Positions 28,972 to 39,197 are shown, counted from the first letter of the stretch. The stretch: 64,000 bases of DNA from an uncultured Acidobacteriota bacterium (GCA_964524795.1 CAZGEH010000003.1:78675-142674), one strand, 5' to 3'. A program made the numbers and translations. The notes: generated from the sequence alone by a model not told the origin.

Positions 28972-29052
28972 CGCCACATTCTCCCGAAGGGCCTTGTGCC
29001 AGTTCAAGGCGGACGATTTCGGCCCCGCCGCAAGCCCGTATAATTGGGCGCC

Positions 29053-30612
29053 ATGCCGGAAGCACGGGGATATCTGGTCCTCAGCGACTTCCACCTGGGT
29101 GAGGGAAGAGACCCCGCGACCGGTCGCGTGTCTCCACGGGAAGACTTCTTCTTCGACCACGAATTCTCGGTGTTCGTGGATGCTTACCTGGACGAGACAG
29201 TCTGGGGCGGCCTCCAGTGGACGTTGATCCTCAACGGCGACCTCATGGATTTCCTGCAGGTGACGGATGCCCCGGCCACCGGCGAATGGCGGGCGGACCC
29301 CCGTTACGGACTCAAGGCTGGCCGCCGGGAAAGCTGCTGGAAGCTTCGCCGGATCGCCGATGGACACGAGGAGTTTTTCGATGCCCTGGCCCGTTTCGCC
29401 GCCCGCTTCCCGGTGGTCATCATCGCCGGGAACCATGACGTGGAGCTGACCTATCCCGAAGTCCAGCAAACTTTGCGGGAAGTGGTGTGCAGCCGTCTCT
29501 CCCCGCCGCAGGCGGAGGCTGCAGCCCGGCACCTCCAGATCAAGGACTGGTTCCACTTTGATGGACTCGTCTACGTCGAACACGGACACCGCTTCGATTC
29601 CCTCAACAGCTTCCTTTACCCGCTCGATCCACGGCTGCCGCACATCCGGGGAAGGTCGGAAGAGGATCTCGACGATGTGGAGCTGCCGCTGGGCTCGCTG
29701 TTTGTCCGCTATCTTTTCAACCAGGTGGAAACCGCCTCGCCTTTCGCTGACAACATCAAGCCCGCCACCCGGTTTATCCGCTGGTTCGTGTTCCGCCACC
29801 CCTGGCGCGCCCTGCACTTCTTCTTCTCGGACGGCCGGGAGATGATGAGGCGCATCCGCCGAAACTCCCGGCGGCTGCCGGCCCGCGCTTACCGTTCGCG
29901 GGAGGAGTCCCATAACCGGCGGCGGGAGATTCTGGTGGAGGAGGTTCGGGGACGGCTGGGGATGGAACCCGACGCGGCCCGAATCCTGCTGGCGGAGCTG
30001 GAAAGCCTGACCGTTCCGCCCCTGCTCCGCGAACGTCGCACCTGGAAGTGGGCCCTGGCCAGGTTCCTCATGGGGCCCTATCGCACCCCCCTGGTCGGTG
30101 CGGCCGTTCTGGCAGTTCTGGTCCTGGGACTGCTGCTGGCCGTCGCGCCACTGGTCTTGCCGGAAGGATTACGCACGCTTGTGGGCGCGCTGCCGGGCTG
30201 GACCGCGGCGGGAGCGGAAGTGGTCCGCTGGTTCTTCCTCCTGGAGTCGGCCGGTTTGGCGGCCTGGTATCTCGGCGGGTTTCGCCGCTCGCGCCAGGAG
30301 GAACGGGAGTGTCTGCGCCGGTGTGCCCGCCAGATCCAGCGCATCACGGGTGCCCGCTTCGTCCTGATGGGACATACCCATGATCCTGATCTGTGGCGCC
30401 TGGACACGGGTGCGGAGTATTTCAACTCCGGTACCTGGACCCGGGTTTTCGGCGAGGACTGGGTGCTTTCCCAGGAGAAGGAGCTGAACTACGTGCAGAT
30501 TGAGCCGCGCGGCGGACAGTGGAAGGGTCGACTCATGAAATGGGAGCCACAGGCGGGCCGGGGACGTCTCGCCTATCTGTTCAAGGAGCCGGGCGGCCGG
30601 TCAACCCCCTGA
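29053..30612 (+). CDS. Calcineurin-like metallophosphoesterase with an internal membrane-spanning insert
   Basis: LVLSDFHLG, LILNGDLMDF, IIAGNHD, YVEHGHRFD, LMGHTHDP (all MPE motifs). Two or three TM helices sit between motifs (VGAAVLAVLVLGLLLAVAPLVL...). Start set at ATG 29053 because a perfect TATAAT (29039-29044) overlaps the ORF's TTG at 29044. Confidence 0.65.
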   Translation: MPEARGYLVLSDFHLGEGRDPATGRVSPREDFFFDHEFSVFVDAYLDETVWGGLQWTLILNGDLMDFLQVTDAPATGEWRADPRYGLKAGRRESCWKLRRIADGHEEFFDALARFAARFPVVIIAGNHDVELTYPEVQQTLREVVCSRLSPPQAEAAARHLQIKDWFHFDGLVYVEHGHRFDSLNSFLYPLDPRLPHIRGRSEEDLDDVELPLGSLFVRYLFNQVETASPFADNIKPATRFIRWFVFRHPWRALHFFFSDGREMMRRIRRNSRRLPARAYRSREESHNRRREILVEEVRGRLGMEPDAARILLAELESLTVPPLLRERRTWKWALARFLMGPYRTPLVGAAVLAVLVLGLLLAVAPLVLPEGLRTLVGALPGWTAAGAEVVRWFFLLESAGLAAWYLGGFRRSRQEERECLRRCARQIQRITGARFVLMGHTHDPDLWRLDTGAEYFNSGTWTRVFGEDWVLSQEKELNYVQIEPRGGQWKGRLMKWEPQAGRGRLAYLFKEPGGRSTP

Positions 30613-30628
30613 CGGTGCCGGGGACCTC

Positions 30629-31558
30629 GTGGTATCATCCTGCCTCCCCACTGAGACAGGAACAAGCGGAAAGGGCGCCGTGGTGTCGGAACGCAGGTAT
30701 TCGACTTGTGAAGTCGCCCAGATGTGGAACGTCAGCGAGTCGACGGTCAAACGGTGGACCGACCTCGGCCTTCTGCAATGCGTGCGCTCCCCGGGAGGAC
30801 ACCGCCGGTTCCGTCTGGAGGACCTCATCGAGTTCCAGCGCCAGCGGGCCTTCGAGGCGACAGGCCTGCTATCCACCGACGAGTGGGAAGAGCCGAACCT
30901 GGAGACCTGGCTGAACTGCAGAAATTTCGATAAGGTCAGAGAACTTCTCCTGTACCTGGCAGCCCAGAACCAGCGCTCCAAAGTCAGCGGACTGCTGGAT
31001 CGGCTTTATCTGCGGGGGATGGCACTGGAAGAGATTTACGAGGAAGTGCTGGCGCCGGTGCCGGCCCTGACGGGCGAGGCGGGGGCCATCGACGGCTTCA
31101 GCGAAGGGCAGTCGCTGCTCGCCCGCAACCTGATCGAGGAAGCGCTGAACCACTTGGGTCCCCGTCTGATCCGGCGTCGGCCCAACGGCCGGCAGGTCCT
31201 GTGTGCTTCACCCGTTTCGGGCTGCCGGCTGCCGCTGACTTTTCTGACCCGCCTCCTGGAGATCGAAGGCTGGGAGACCTTGTATCTGGGCGACGAGGTA
31301 CCGCTCGCCACCATGTCCCAAATGGTGGAGACCGAACCGGTGGGCATGGTGTGTCTCTACTGCGACGGTCGTGCGGGCGCGGTCACCGGCGGAAGAATCC
31401 TCGGCCAAGCCGCCCGGCGCTATCGGATTCCCGTCCTGCTTTCGGTTCCGCGGGGAGAAAAGTCGAACATTCAGGGCCTCGAACCTGAGGAACGTTTCGA
31501 CAATCTCCAGGACTTTCAGCGCTACGTCCGCAAGGCAGGAGCAGGCCTTCGCGACTGA
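30629..31558 (+). CDS. MerR/excisionase-type HTH regulator fused to a cobalamin (B12)-binding-like domain (CarH/LitR-like architecture)
   Basis: HTH: YSTCEVAQMWNVSESTVKRWTDLGLLQCVRSPGGHRRFRLEDL. The C-terminal Rossmann-like B12-binding-type region (…VLCASPVSGCRLPLTFLTRLLEIEGWETLYLGDEVP...) lacks the His of the usual E/DxHxxG motif. The start could instead be a GTG about 45 nt downstream. Confidence 0.55.
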   Translation: MVSSCLPTETGTSGKGAVVSERRYSTCEVAQMWNVSESTVKRWTDLGLLQCVRSPGGHRRFRLEDLIEFQRQRAFEATGLLSTDEWEEPNLETWLNCRNFDKVRELLLYLAAQNQRSKVSGLLDRLYLRGMALEEIYEEVLAPVPALTGEAGAIDGFSEGQSLLARNLIEEALNHLGPRLIRRRPNGRQVLCASPVSGCRLPLTFLTRLLEIEGWETLYLGDEVPLATMSQMVETEPVGMVCLYCDGRAGAVTGGRILGQAARRYRIPVLLSVPRGEKSNIQGLEPEERFDNLQDFQRYVRKAGAGLRD

Positions 31559-31668
31559 TGTTGGAGCTGTGCGGATCGGGTGCCCGGAAACCTGCGACGC
31601 AGCCCACGAGGCCGGGCAGAGTTATGGCCGTACCGGGATCCTTGCTGAAGCGGCGGTGGCTCCCGGCC

Positions 31669-32619
31669 TCAGCGCCGGAACAGGCTCTTGAGAATGAACA
31701 GGAGATTGGCCGGACGCTCCGCCAGACGGCGCATGTAGTAAGGCGCCCACTGGGTACCGAACGGGACGTAAATCCTCATCCGGTAGCCCTGGTGCGCCAG
31801 CTCCAATTGCCGCTCCCGCCGGACGCCGTACAACATCTGAAATTCGTATCGATCCAGCCCGATCCCGAGCTTCCGAACGGTGGCCAGAGCGTGCCGGATC
31901 ATGGCGTCGTCGTGGGTCGCGATGGCGGAGTAACCCGGCGAAACCAGCATGATGTCCAGCAGCCGCCGGAAATTTCGATCCACGTCCGATTTGCGCGGAA
32001 AAGCCACCTCCGGCGGTTCCATGTAGGCCCCTTTGCAGAGCCGGATGTTGCAGCCCATGGCCGACAGCTCCCGGACGTCCTGCTCGCTGCGGTAAAGATA
32101 AGCCTGGATGACGATTCCTACCCGCTGCAGCCCGAAACCGTCCAAAGCGTGGCGGAACAGGTCGAGGGTAGCCTGGGTATGAGCCGACCCCTCCATGTCG
32201 ATCCGCACAAAGTTGTTCAGTTCGGAGGCGGTCTCGAGAATTCGACGGAGGTGGTACCAGGCCAGGTTGCGGTCCACTTCCAGTCCGAGTTGAGTCAGCT
32301 TGATGGAGATGGTCGAGTGGATCCCTGAACTGTGAATCTGCTTCAGGAGATTGATGTAACCGTTGGTGGCGCGCACGGCCTCGCTCTCCTGGGTGACCCC
32401 TTCGCCGAGCTGGTCGAGGGTGGCCAGGATGCCGCCGCGGTTCAGGTCTCGGACCACGGCGATGGTCTCCTCAATGGTCTCGCCGGCGACGAAGCGGCGG
32501 AACAGGCCGGAGTAACGGCCAAGAGTTGCAAAGTGGCGGACCAGGAACGGATTGGCGGCGGCACGGAGCAGGAGGTTGCGCAGCATGCAGAGATCTGGCC
32601 TTTCCTTCGGGGGCGGCAC
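31669..32619 (-). CDS. Proline dehydrogenase (monofunctional PRODH)
   Basis: PRODH TIM-barrel motifs (ISIKLTQLG, DMEGS, IVIQAYL, YEFQMLYGV). The true start is possibly the internal MLRNLLLRAA. Confidence 0.8.
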   Translation of the reverse strand: MPPPKERPDLCMLRNLLLRAAANPFLVRHFATLGRYSGLFRRFVAGETIEETIAVVRDLNRGGILATLDQLGEGVTQESEAVRATNGYINLLKQIHSSGIHSTISIKLTQLGLEVDRNLAWYHLRRILETASELNNFVRIDMEGSAHTQATLDLFRHALDGFGLQRVGIVIQAYLYRSEQDVRELSAMGCNIRLCKGAYMEPPEVAFPRKSDVDRNFRRLLDIMLVSPGYSAIATHDDAMIRHALATVRKLGIGLDRYEFQMLYGVRRERQLELAHQGYRMRIYVPFGTQWAPYYMRRLAERPANLLFILKSLFRR

Positions 32620-32637
32620 GATCCCGCGCCCGGTCGG

Positions 32638-32988
32638 TCAAGGTTGCGGTCTTTCGTATCGGGCGGTCACCACCGTCTTGATCCCTCCCCGCACGTTGAA
32701 GTCTCCTACCACCTCACAGCGGAGCGGTTCACTGGCGGCCACGAAGTCGTCCAGGATCCGGTTGGTCACGTGTTCGTGAAAAATCCCCTGGTCCCGATAG
32801 GACTGCAGGTACAGCTTCAACGATTTCAGCTCGACGATCTTCCGGTCCGGGACGTAGGTGATCCGGATGGTGGCGAAGTCCGGCTGTCCGGTCCGGGGAC
32901 AGACGGCGGTAAATTCCGGGCAGGTGATCTGCACCTCGTAAGGGCGCCCGGGATACTGGTTGGGAAAGGTTTCCAGGATGGATGTCAT
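32638..32988 (-). CDS. queF: NADPH-dependent 7-cyano-7-deazaguanine (preQ0) reductase
   Basis: [26 protein letters not shown]...[10 protein letters not shown]...HE, the QueF catalytic Cys and the QueF motif E(S/L)K(S/A)hK(L/Y)(Y/F/W). Confidence 0.85.
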   Translation of the reverse strand: MTSILETFPNQYPGRPYEVQITCPEFTAVCPRTGQPDFATIRITYVPDRKIVELKSLKLYLQSYRDQGIFHEHVTNRILDDFVAASEPLRCEVVGDFNVRGGIKTVVTARYERPQP

Positions 32989-33015
32989 GTCTTTTCTCGC
33001 CTCTCGGAGATGGGG

Positions 33016-34746
33016 TCACCTGCCGACCCGATGGGGTGCCGGACAGGTCGTGTAGAGATACCTTTTCACCTTGCGGGTGGTGGTTTTCTCGAACTCCTCC
33101 CTGCGCAGGCTGAACTTCTTCACCCGCTTGTAGCCCGCCAGAGACTGGTTGACACGCTTGACCTCGGCGGCGATGACGTCCCTTACCCGTGCGTCTTCGA
33201 ACACAACCGGTCCGAATTCCCGGTCGAAGGCAGCCAGATCCGGCACGATGATGGCCTGAACCTCGGTCAGTGCGGGATCCGGGTCAGGTCCGCCCCACAC
33301 CAGAGATTCCAGGATGTAGGGGCTGTCGTTCAGCAGTGCCTCGATCTCTTCCGGATAAACGTTCTTGCCGTTGGGGGTGACGATTACCGACTTGCGGCGG
33401 CCCGACAGGTGGAGAAAGCCGTCCCGGTCGAAGTAGCCCAGATCACCGGTGAACAGCCGGCCGTCGCGGATGGTTTCCCGGGTGGCGGCCTCATTTTGAT
33501 AGTAACCCTGCATCAGGCACGGACCCCAGACTACGATCTCGTCATCGATGATCTCCACCACCGTCCCCGGCAATGGGAAGCCGACCGACTCGTCCCGGTA
33601 ACGGTCCACACGGTTGACCGCGATAATCGGCGAATACTCGGTCATGCCGTAGCCCTGAATGAATTCGATGCCCAGACGCCGGAAACCCTTGGCCACTTCG
33701 GGATGGACAGCCGCACCACCGGAAATCAGCAGTCGCAGCCGGCCGCCAAACCTCTCATGGATCGGAGCGAACAGCCGGCGGCGGAGATCCATCCCCATCC
33801 AGCGCCCGGCTCTCGCCAGCACTTTCGCCAGAGCGAACTTCCGGCTCCCCCGCTCCTGGATTCCAGCCTCCAGCCTCCGGTACATGCTCTCGAACAGCGC
33901 CGGAACCCCCAGCATCACCGTGGCCTGGGACTCCCGCAGGTTGTCTGCGATCCGCCGCAGCCCTTCCGCATAGTAGACCGCCGCTCCCTGATAGAGCGCG
34001 GTTAGGAATCCTGCCGTGCATTCGTAGGTGTGGTGGAGCGGCAGCACCGACAGCAGGACATCCTGGTGGCCGATGGAGACGTGGGAGGATACGCCGACAA
34101 TATTGGCCGCGATGCCCCCATGGGACAATAGGACCGCTTTGGCCGCCCCGGTGGTACCCGAGGTGAAGATCAGGGCGGCGGTGTCTTCCGGTGTGACCGT
34201 GCGTTCCAGCCAGCGCCGATCCCCCTCCTTGAGACGCCGGAAGCCGAGCGCCAGGAGCTGGTCGATCCCGGTATCCGCGTCCGGCTCTTGGCCGTCCATG
34301 GTCACCACCGCTTGCAGCTCCTTGAGATCGGCAGCCAGGTCACGGGCCATGCGGAGAAAGCTTTCTGAAGTCACCAGCAGACGGCTCCCGGAGAAAGCCA
34401 AGATGTGGCGGATATCGTGCTCCTTCAACTCCTTGTCGACCGGGACCGCCACCATACCGCTGGTCACGGCCGCCAGATAGGTGATTGCCCAGCCGATCCG
34501 ATTCTCGGACAGGATCGCGATCCGGTCGCCCTTCTCGAAGCCCATTTCGAGAAAGGCGGTCCCCAGCGCTTCGACCTTTCGGCGAAGCTCCGCGTAGGAG
34601 ACCGGCTGATAGACCCCTTCATGTTTCTCCGCCAGGGCCGGGCGGGATTCATAGCGACGCTCAGCCTCGAAAAGCAGTTCCCGAAGTGTCGACAACGGAT
34701 AGACCGGGAAGGCAGGATCGGCCACGGGGGCGGATTCTATCGGCAA
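33016..34746 (-). CDS. AMP-dependent synthetase/ligase (long-chain acyl-CoA synthetase-like)
   Basis: AMP-binding motif IFTSGTTGAAKAV, then GYGMTE, TGDLG, and a C-terminal hinge and Lys. Confidence 0.85.
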   Translation of the reverse strand: MPIESAPVADPAFPVYPLSTLRELLFEAERRYESRPALAEKHEGVYQPVSYAELRRKVEALGTAFLEMGFEKGDRIAILSENRIGWAITYLAAVTSGMVAVPVDKELKEHDIRHILAFSGSRLLVTSESFLRMARDLAADLKELQAVVTMDGQEPDADTGIDQLLALGFRRLKEGDRRWLERTVTPEDTAALIFTSGTTGAAKAVLLSHGGIAANIVGVSSHVSIGHQDVLLSVLPLHHTYECTAGFLTALYQGAAVYYAEGLRRIADNLRESQATVMLGVPALFESMYRRLEAGIQERGSRKFALAKVLARAGRWMGMDLRRRLFAPIHERFGGRLRLLISGGAAVHPEVAKGFRRLGIEFIQGYGMTEYSPIIAVNRVDRYRDESVGFPLPGTVVEIIDDEIVVWGPCLMQGYYQNEAATRETIRDGRLFTGDLGYFDRDGFLHLSGRRKSVIVTPNGKNVYPEEIEALLNDSPYILESLVWGGPDPDPALTEVQAIIVPDLAAFDREFGPVVFEDARVRDVIAAEVKRVNQSLAGYKRVKKFSLRREEFEKTTTRKVKRYLYTTCPAPHRVGR

Positions 34747-34784
34747 CAGTGGGGCCTCGCAAGCCGGGCCGGCCAGGCTGCTCC

Positions 34785-35747
34785 TCAGGAGCCCACTTCA
34801 GGGTAGGACAGTTGGATCATGTCCCGGCGCAGGTTGGAAGGCAGGCCAAACTGGACGGTCTCCTGGCGTGTCACCAGAGTCTCCACAGTGGCCCCCGAGC
34901 GGCTGAAAAACTCGAGCACTTCCTCGACCAGACGTTCCGGAGCGGAGGCTCCGGAAGTCAGACCCACCACCCGGACACCTTCCAGCCAGTCCGGTCGGAT
35001 GTCGCGGACATCGTTGATCAGCCAGGCAGCCGCCCCGCGCCGTCTTGCCTCTTCCACCAGCCGATTGGAGTTGCTGCTGTTGCGGGCTCCCACCACGAGG
35101 ATCAGGTCCGCCCGCCGCGCCAGCTCCCGCACCGCCTCCTGCCGGTTCTGCGTCGCGTAGCAGATGTCCTCCGAAGGCGGATGCTGGATGGACGGAAAAC
35201 GCCGCTGAAGCGCTTCAACGATGGAACGCGTGTCGTCCAGACTCAAGGTCGTCTGGGTAAGGTAGATGAGCTTTTCGGGGTCCGGCACCTCCAGGCTGTC
35301 CACATCCTCGACGGATGTTACCAGCACCATGTTTTCCGGTGCTTCCCCCATGGTCCCTTCCACCTCCTCGTGGCCGGCGTGGCCGATGAAGAGGATGGTG
35401 AAGCCTGCCGCCGCAAAACGCCGCGCTTCCAGATGGACCTTGGTGACCAGGGGACAGGTGGCGTCGATCACCTGCAGTCCCTTTTCACGGGCGGACGCCC
35501 AGACCTGGGGAGATACTCCGTGGGCGCTGAAGATGACACGGGCACCGTCGGGGACCTCGTCCAGTTCACTGACGAAAATCACTCCCCGGCTTCTCAGTTC
35601 CTCCACCACGTGGGGATTGTGGACAATCTCCTTGCGGACGTAGAGCGGTCCCTCGTAAAGGTCAAGCGCAATGCGGACGATGTCCACGGCCCGTACAACT
35701 CCGGCGCAGAATCCGCGCGGACTGGCAAGGATCACTTTCTCCGGCAC
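34785..35747 (-). CDS. ispH: 4-hydroxy-3-methylbut-2-enyl diphosphate reductase
   Basis: ASPRGFCAGV, ATCPLVTKVH, HNPHVV, SSNSNRL with the three conserved Cys of the IspH/LytB Fe-S site. Confidence 0.9.
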   Translation of the reverse strand: MPEKVILASPRGFCAGVVRAVDIVRIALDLYEGPLYVRKEIVHNPHVVEELRSRGVIFVSELDEVPDGARVIFSAHGVSPQVWASAREKGLQVIDATCPLVTKVHLEARRFAAAGFTILFIGHAGHEEVEGTMGEAPENMVLVTSVEDVDSLEVPDPEKLIYLTQTTLSLDDTRSIVEALQRRFPSIQHPPSEDICYATQNRQEAVRELARRADLILVVGARNSSNSNRLVEEARRRGAAAWLINDVRDIRPDWLEGVRVVGLTSGASAPERLVEEVLEFFSRSGATVETLVTRQETVQFGLPSNLRRDMIQLSYPEVGS

Positions 35748-35764
35748 AGCAACATCCTAACAGG

Positions 35765-37523
35765 TCAGGGCAAGGGGCCGGGGTTTCCGGGCTCTCCCAG
35801 GATACGGTGAAGCCAGTCCACCAATGCCTCCCGATAGGACCACTCCGGCCGACCCTCCCAGTTCTCCAGCCCATGCGGCGCGCCCTCCAGGGCTACCAGC
35901 CTCGTCGAAACACCCAGCTCCAGCAGCCGCTCGTACATCCGGCGGCCCTGCTCCCACAGCCGCTCCGCCGTGCCGTGGATCAACAGTACCGGGGGCATTC
36001 CGGCATGGACATGGTAGTAAGGCGAGATCCGCCGCAGCAGCTCCCGTCCCGTTTCGTCCCATTCCTGATGCCGGAGCAGGCGCACCAGGAACGACCGGGG
36101 ACCGGCGTCAGTGACCAGGGGCAGGAAATCGTAGACGCCGTAAAAGGAAACAATCCCCGCCACGCGACAGGACTGACGTTCCACGGGATCCGGGTCAGCC
36201 GGCCTGCCGGCGCAGGTTTCCAGCCCCACCTGCATCGCCAGGTGCCCGCCGGCGGATTCCCCCAGCAGGACGATCCGTCGGGGATCCACCTTGAACTCCG
36301 GTGCATGGTGTCGGATCCAGCGGACGGCCCTGCGAATGTCCTCGAACTGGTCGGTGACCGTCACCTCCGGAGTCAGCCGATAGTCGACTGAAAACCAGGC
36401 GAAGCCGGCTCGCGCCAGGAGGCCCAGCAGCGGGGCCAGATAAGTGACCTTGTCGCCCGCTTCCCAGCCGCCGCCATGCACCAGGACCACCGCTGGGAAA
36501 GGTCCGGCGCCCGCAGGTATCCAGGCGTCCAGCAGCAGAGGGGTATCGCCCCGCGCCCCCGCCCGGTGGGCAAAAGGGATGTTCTTGCGCAGGTTGAAAT
36601 CGCGGGGATCGGCCGGGGCCGGCTGCAGGCCGCCCGCGCGCCTTTCCAGCCAGTCCGCCAGAATGCGGCGGTAGCCCTGCTGGGCGGGCAGCCAGTTCTC
36701 GGCCCGATGTCCGGCTTCCTCCACCTCGAAGACGGTACAGTCACCATGGGCGCGCTGGATCTGGGCGCAGTAATCGTAAACCTGGCTGACAGGCACTTCC
36801 GAATCGGCGCCCCCATGAATCAGCAGCAGCGGCGGCATCCCCTCGGCCGCCGCTCGGGACAGCGGGAGCCGGTCCGGTGACGCCCCGCCGCCGGTGAGCT
36901 GCCGTCGAAACGCTCCGCCGGAGTTCCATTCCCGCAACGACGTGGGATCATAGAGCCCGCCCACCAGGATCAGGCCGTGGACTCGCCCGGGATGGGCGGC
37001 GGCGACACGGGCCGCCAGATAGGCGCCGGCGTGTTCACCCAGGAGGCAAATACGGCGGGGATCCACTCCGAACCAGCCCGCATTGCATTCGATCAGCGAC
37101 AAGGCGGCATCCAGATCCGAAAGCTGTTGCTGAAGCGTTGTACCGGGGCCGACTCGATAGTCCACCGAAAACCAGTTCAGCCCCAAGCGGGTGAGAAATT
37201 CGAACCATTGGGTTACAAAGGCGGTGCGGCTTCCTCCCGACCAGGCGCCGCCATGGATCAGCATCACTCCAGGCCGGGACGGACCGCCGCCGTGGCTGAA
37301 AGCATCCAGCGCCAGCCGACGGCCGTCGATCTCCCGGTAAACGATCTCCCCCTGCACACCAGGCACGATGTAGTTTCCGTTGGGATTGCCGACTACGGGC
37401 TGGGGGCATGGTTCGGGCCCGGCGCCGGCCAGGCGGGGCTGGACGAGCAGCAGCAACAGCAGCGCCGTTCCCGGCAGGAGGGTCGGGTTTCCCCGTCGGG
37501 TACCCCGGAGAGTCATGCAGCCC
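35765..37523 (-). CDS. Secreted tandem alpha/beta-hydrolase (two esterase/lipase-fold domains fused)
   Basis: 586 aa from MGCMTLRGTRRGNPTLLPGTALLLLLLV (signal peptide). Two successive HGGAW/HGGGW oxyanion motifs, each with GxSxG (GEHAG, GESAG) and a C-terminal HG. The 385-codon upstream in-frame extension is antisense to glgC and rejected. Confidence 0.7.
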
Positions 37524-37807
37524 ATCCTAGCAGGAGCCAAGACAGGACTGCGCAACCCCGCGCTCCCTGCGTGTCGGCATCGGGTCTGGACTGCGCCCCC
37601 GCGCTCGCTCCAGCTCGGGTTCACAGGGCAATCGAACGTGGGATGCCCGTTGTTCGACTCTGCCTCCTGTCTCCCGTTCCCTGCATTCCGCCTCCCTCCC
37701 CTCGCCGGAGGACTTCCGTTGCAGCGTCGGGTATTCTGATTCACAGTTGGGACCGAGGTTTTTTTGCGGCGAGACCAGGACGGAGCAGGATTGAGGAGGA
37801 AGGATCC

Positions 37808-39145
37808 ATGGCTGTTTCGATGGAGCGTCCCCAGCGTGGCGTCGGCATTCGGGAACTGGATCGGCTGACCACCTTCATCCTGGCCGGAGGCAAGGGAGAG
37901 CGCCTGTATCCACTGACGGAGCATCGGGCCAAACCTGCAGTCACGTTTGGGGGAATCTACCGCATCATCGACTTCACACTGTCCAACTGCATTAACTCGG
38001 GCATTCGGAGAGTCTATGTATTGACCCAGTACAAGTCCGTATCGTTGGCCCGCCATATCAAGGAGGGCTGGAACATGTTGCCCAGCGAGCTGGGCGAGTT
38101 CATCGAAGTGACCCCGGCGCAGCAGAGGTATGGCGAAAACTGGTATCGGGGCACGGCCGACGCCATCTTCCAGAACATCTACACGGTGGAGCGCGAGAAT
38201 CGTGACTTCGTGCTGATTCTGGCAGGGGATCACATCTACAAGATGGATTACTCGAAGATGCTGTCCTTCCACCTCGATCACGGAGCGGACATCACCATCG
38301 GGGCCGTCGAAATGCCGATCTCCACCTGCCGCCTGTTCGGGGTCCTGCAGGTGGACGACGGTTACCGGGTGACCGAGTTTGCCGAAAAGCCCGAGGTGGC
38401 GCGGCCCATTCCCGGCAAGCCGGACTCCATCTACGCCTCGATGGGAATCTATCTTTTCAACAAGGAGAACCTTTTCGAAGATTTGATCCCGGCTGTGGCA
38501 CACGAAAACATGCGGGATTTCGGACAGGAGATCCTGCCTTCTCTGGTGGAAAAGCGGCGGATCCTGGCTTACGAATTCGAGGACGAGAACCACCGGGTGC
38601 CTCCTTACTGGCGCGATATCGGGACGCTGGACGCCTTTTATGAAGCCAACATGGATCTGGTCTCGGTAGACCCCCAATTCAACCTGTACGACGCCCGGTG
38701 GCCGGTGCGCAGTTATCAGCCTCCCTTTCCGCCGGCCAAGACGGTCTTCGCGGATCCCGGAGAGGGGGCCCGCCGGGGAGAAGTCCTGGACTCGCTGGTG
38801 AGCTCAGGATGTATCGTCAGCGGCGGCCACGTCCGCCGCTGCATCCTTTCGCCGAAGGTCCGGGTGAACAGCTACGCCCACGTGGAGGATTCCGTCCTGA
38901 TGCACGGGGTTGAAGTGGGGCGACGCGCCCGGATTCGCCGGGCTATCATCGACAAGTACTGTACGATCCTGCCGGATACGGTGATTGGCTACGACCCTGA
39001 GGCGGATCGCAAACGCTTCACGGTGACCGATGGAGGGGTGGTGGTGATTCCGGCCTCCCGGGTGGTCGGGCCCGACAAGACCACCCCGGCCTGGATCGAC
39101 CCGGTGGTCCGCTACACCCGTGGGCCTCGGACCGTTCTGTCCTGA
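37808..39145 (+). CDS. glgC: Glucose-1-phosphate adenylyltransferase
   Basis: LAGGKGERLYPLT, GTADAIFQN, ILAGDHIYKMDY, C-terminal left-handed beta-helix; RBS GAGGAGGAAGG 5 nt upstream of the ATG. Confidence 0.9.
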   Translation: MAVSMERPQRGVGIRELDRLTTFILAGGKGERLYPLTEHRAKPAVTFGGIYRIIDFTLSNCINSGIRRVYVLTQYKSVSLARHIKEGWNMLPSELGEFIEVTPAQQRYGENWYRGTADAIFQNIYTVERENRDFVLILAGDHIYKMDYSKMLSFHLDHGADITIGAVEMPISTCRLFGVLQVDDGYRVTEFAEKPEVARPIPGKPDSIYASMGIYLFNKENLFEDLIPAVAHENMRDFGQEILPSLVEKRRILAYEFEDENHRVPPYWRDIGTLDAFYEANMDLVSVDPQFNLYDARWPVRSYQPPFPPAKTVFADPGEGARRGEVLDSLVSSGCIVSGGHVRRCILSPKVRVNSYAHVEDSVLMHGVEVGRRARIRRAIIDKYCTILPDTVIGYDPEADRKRFTVTDGGVVVIPASRVVGPDKTTPAWIDPVVRYTRGPRTVLS

Positions 39146-39197
39146 GGAGGCCTGCTGCCAGGCTTTGGGGACCGGGCGAGGAAACAGCGACCGTGGC

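Noticed and set aside
28972-29913. 5' extension of the MBL-hydrolase ORF to 29913 (528 aa total) and the many long antisense ORFs throughout (e.g. 3919..5346, 5541..6662, 6929..7750, 8273..9514, 9382..10881, 12863..14281, 32332..34005, 47332..49155, 50519..51604, 52630..53751).
   Set aside because: They overlap well-supported genes on the opposite strand or in another frame. They have Arg/Gly/Pro-rich low-complexity translations characteristic of spurious ORFs in about 68% GC DNA, and they lack family motifs.
37524-38677. 385-codon N-terminal extension of the alpha/beta-hydrolase ORF (ORF 35765..38677).
   Set aside because: The extension is antisense to the clearly identified glgC gene. The hydrolase has its own signal peptide beginning at the internal MGCMTLRG.
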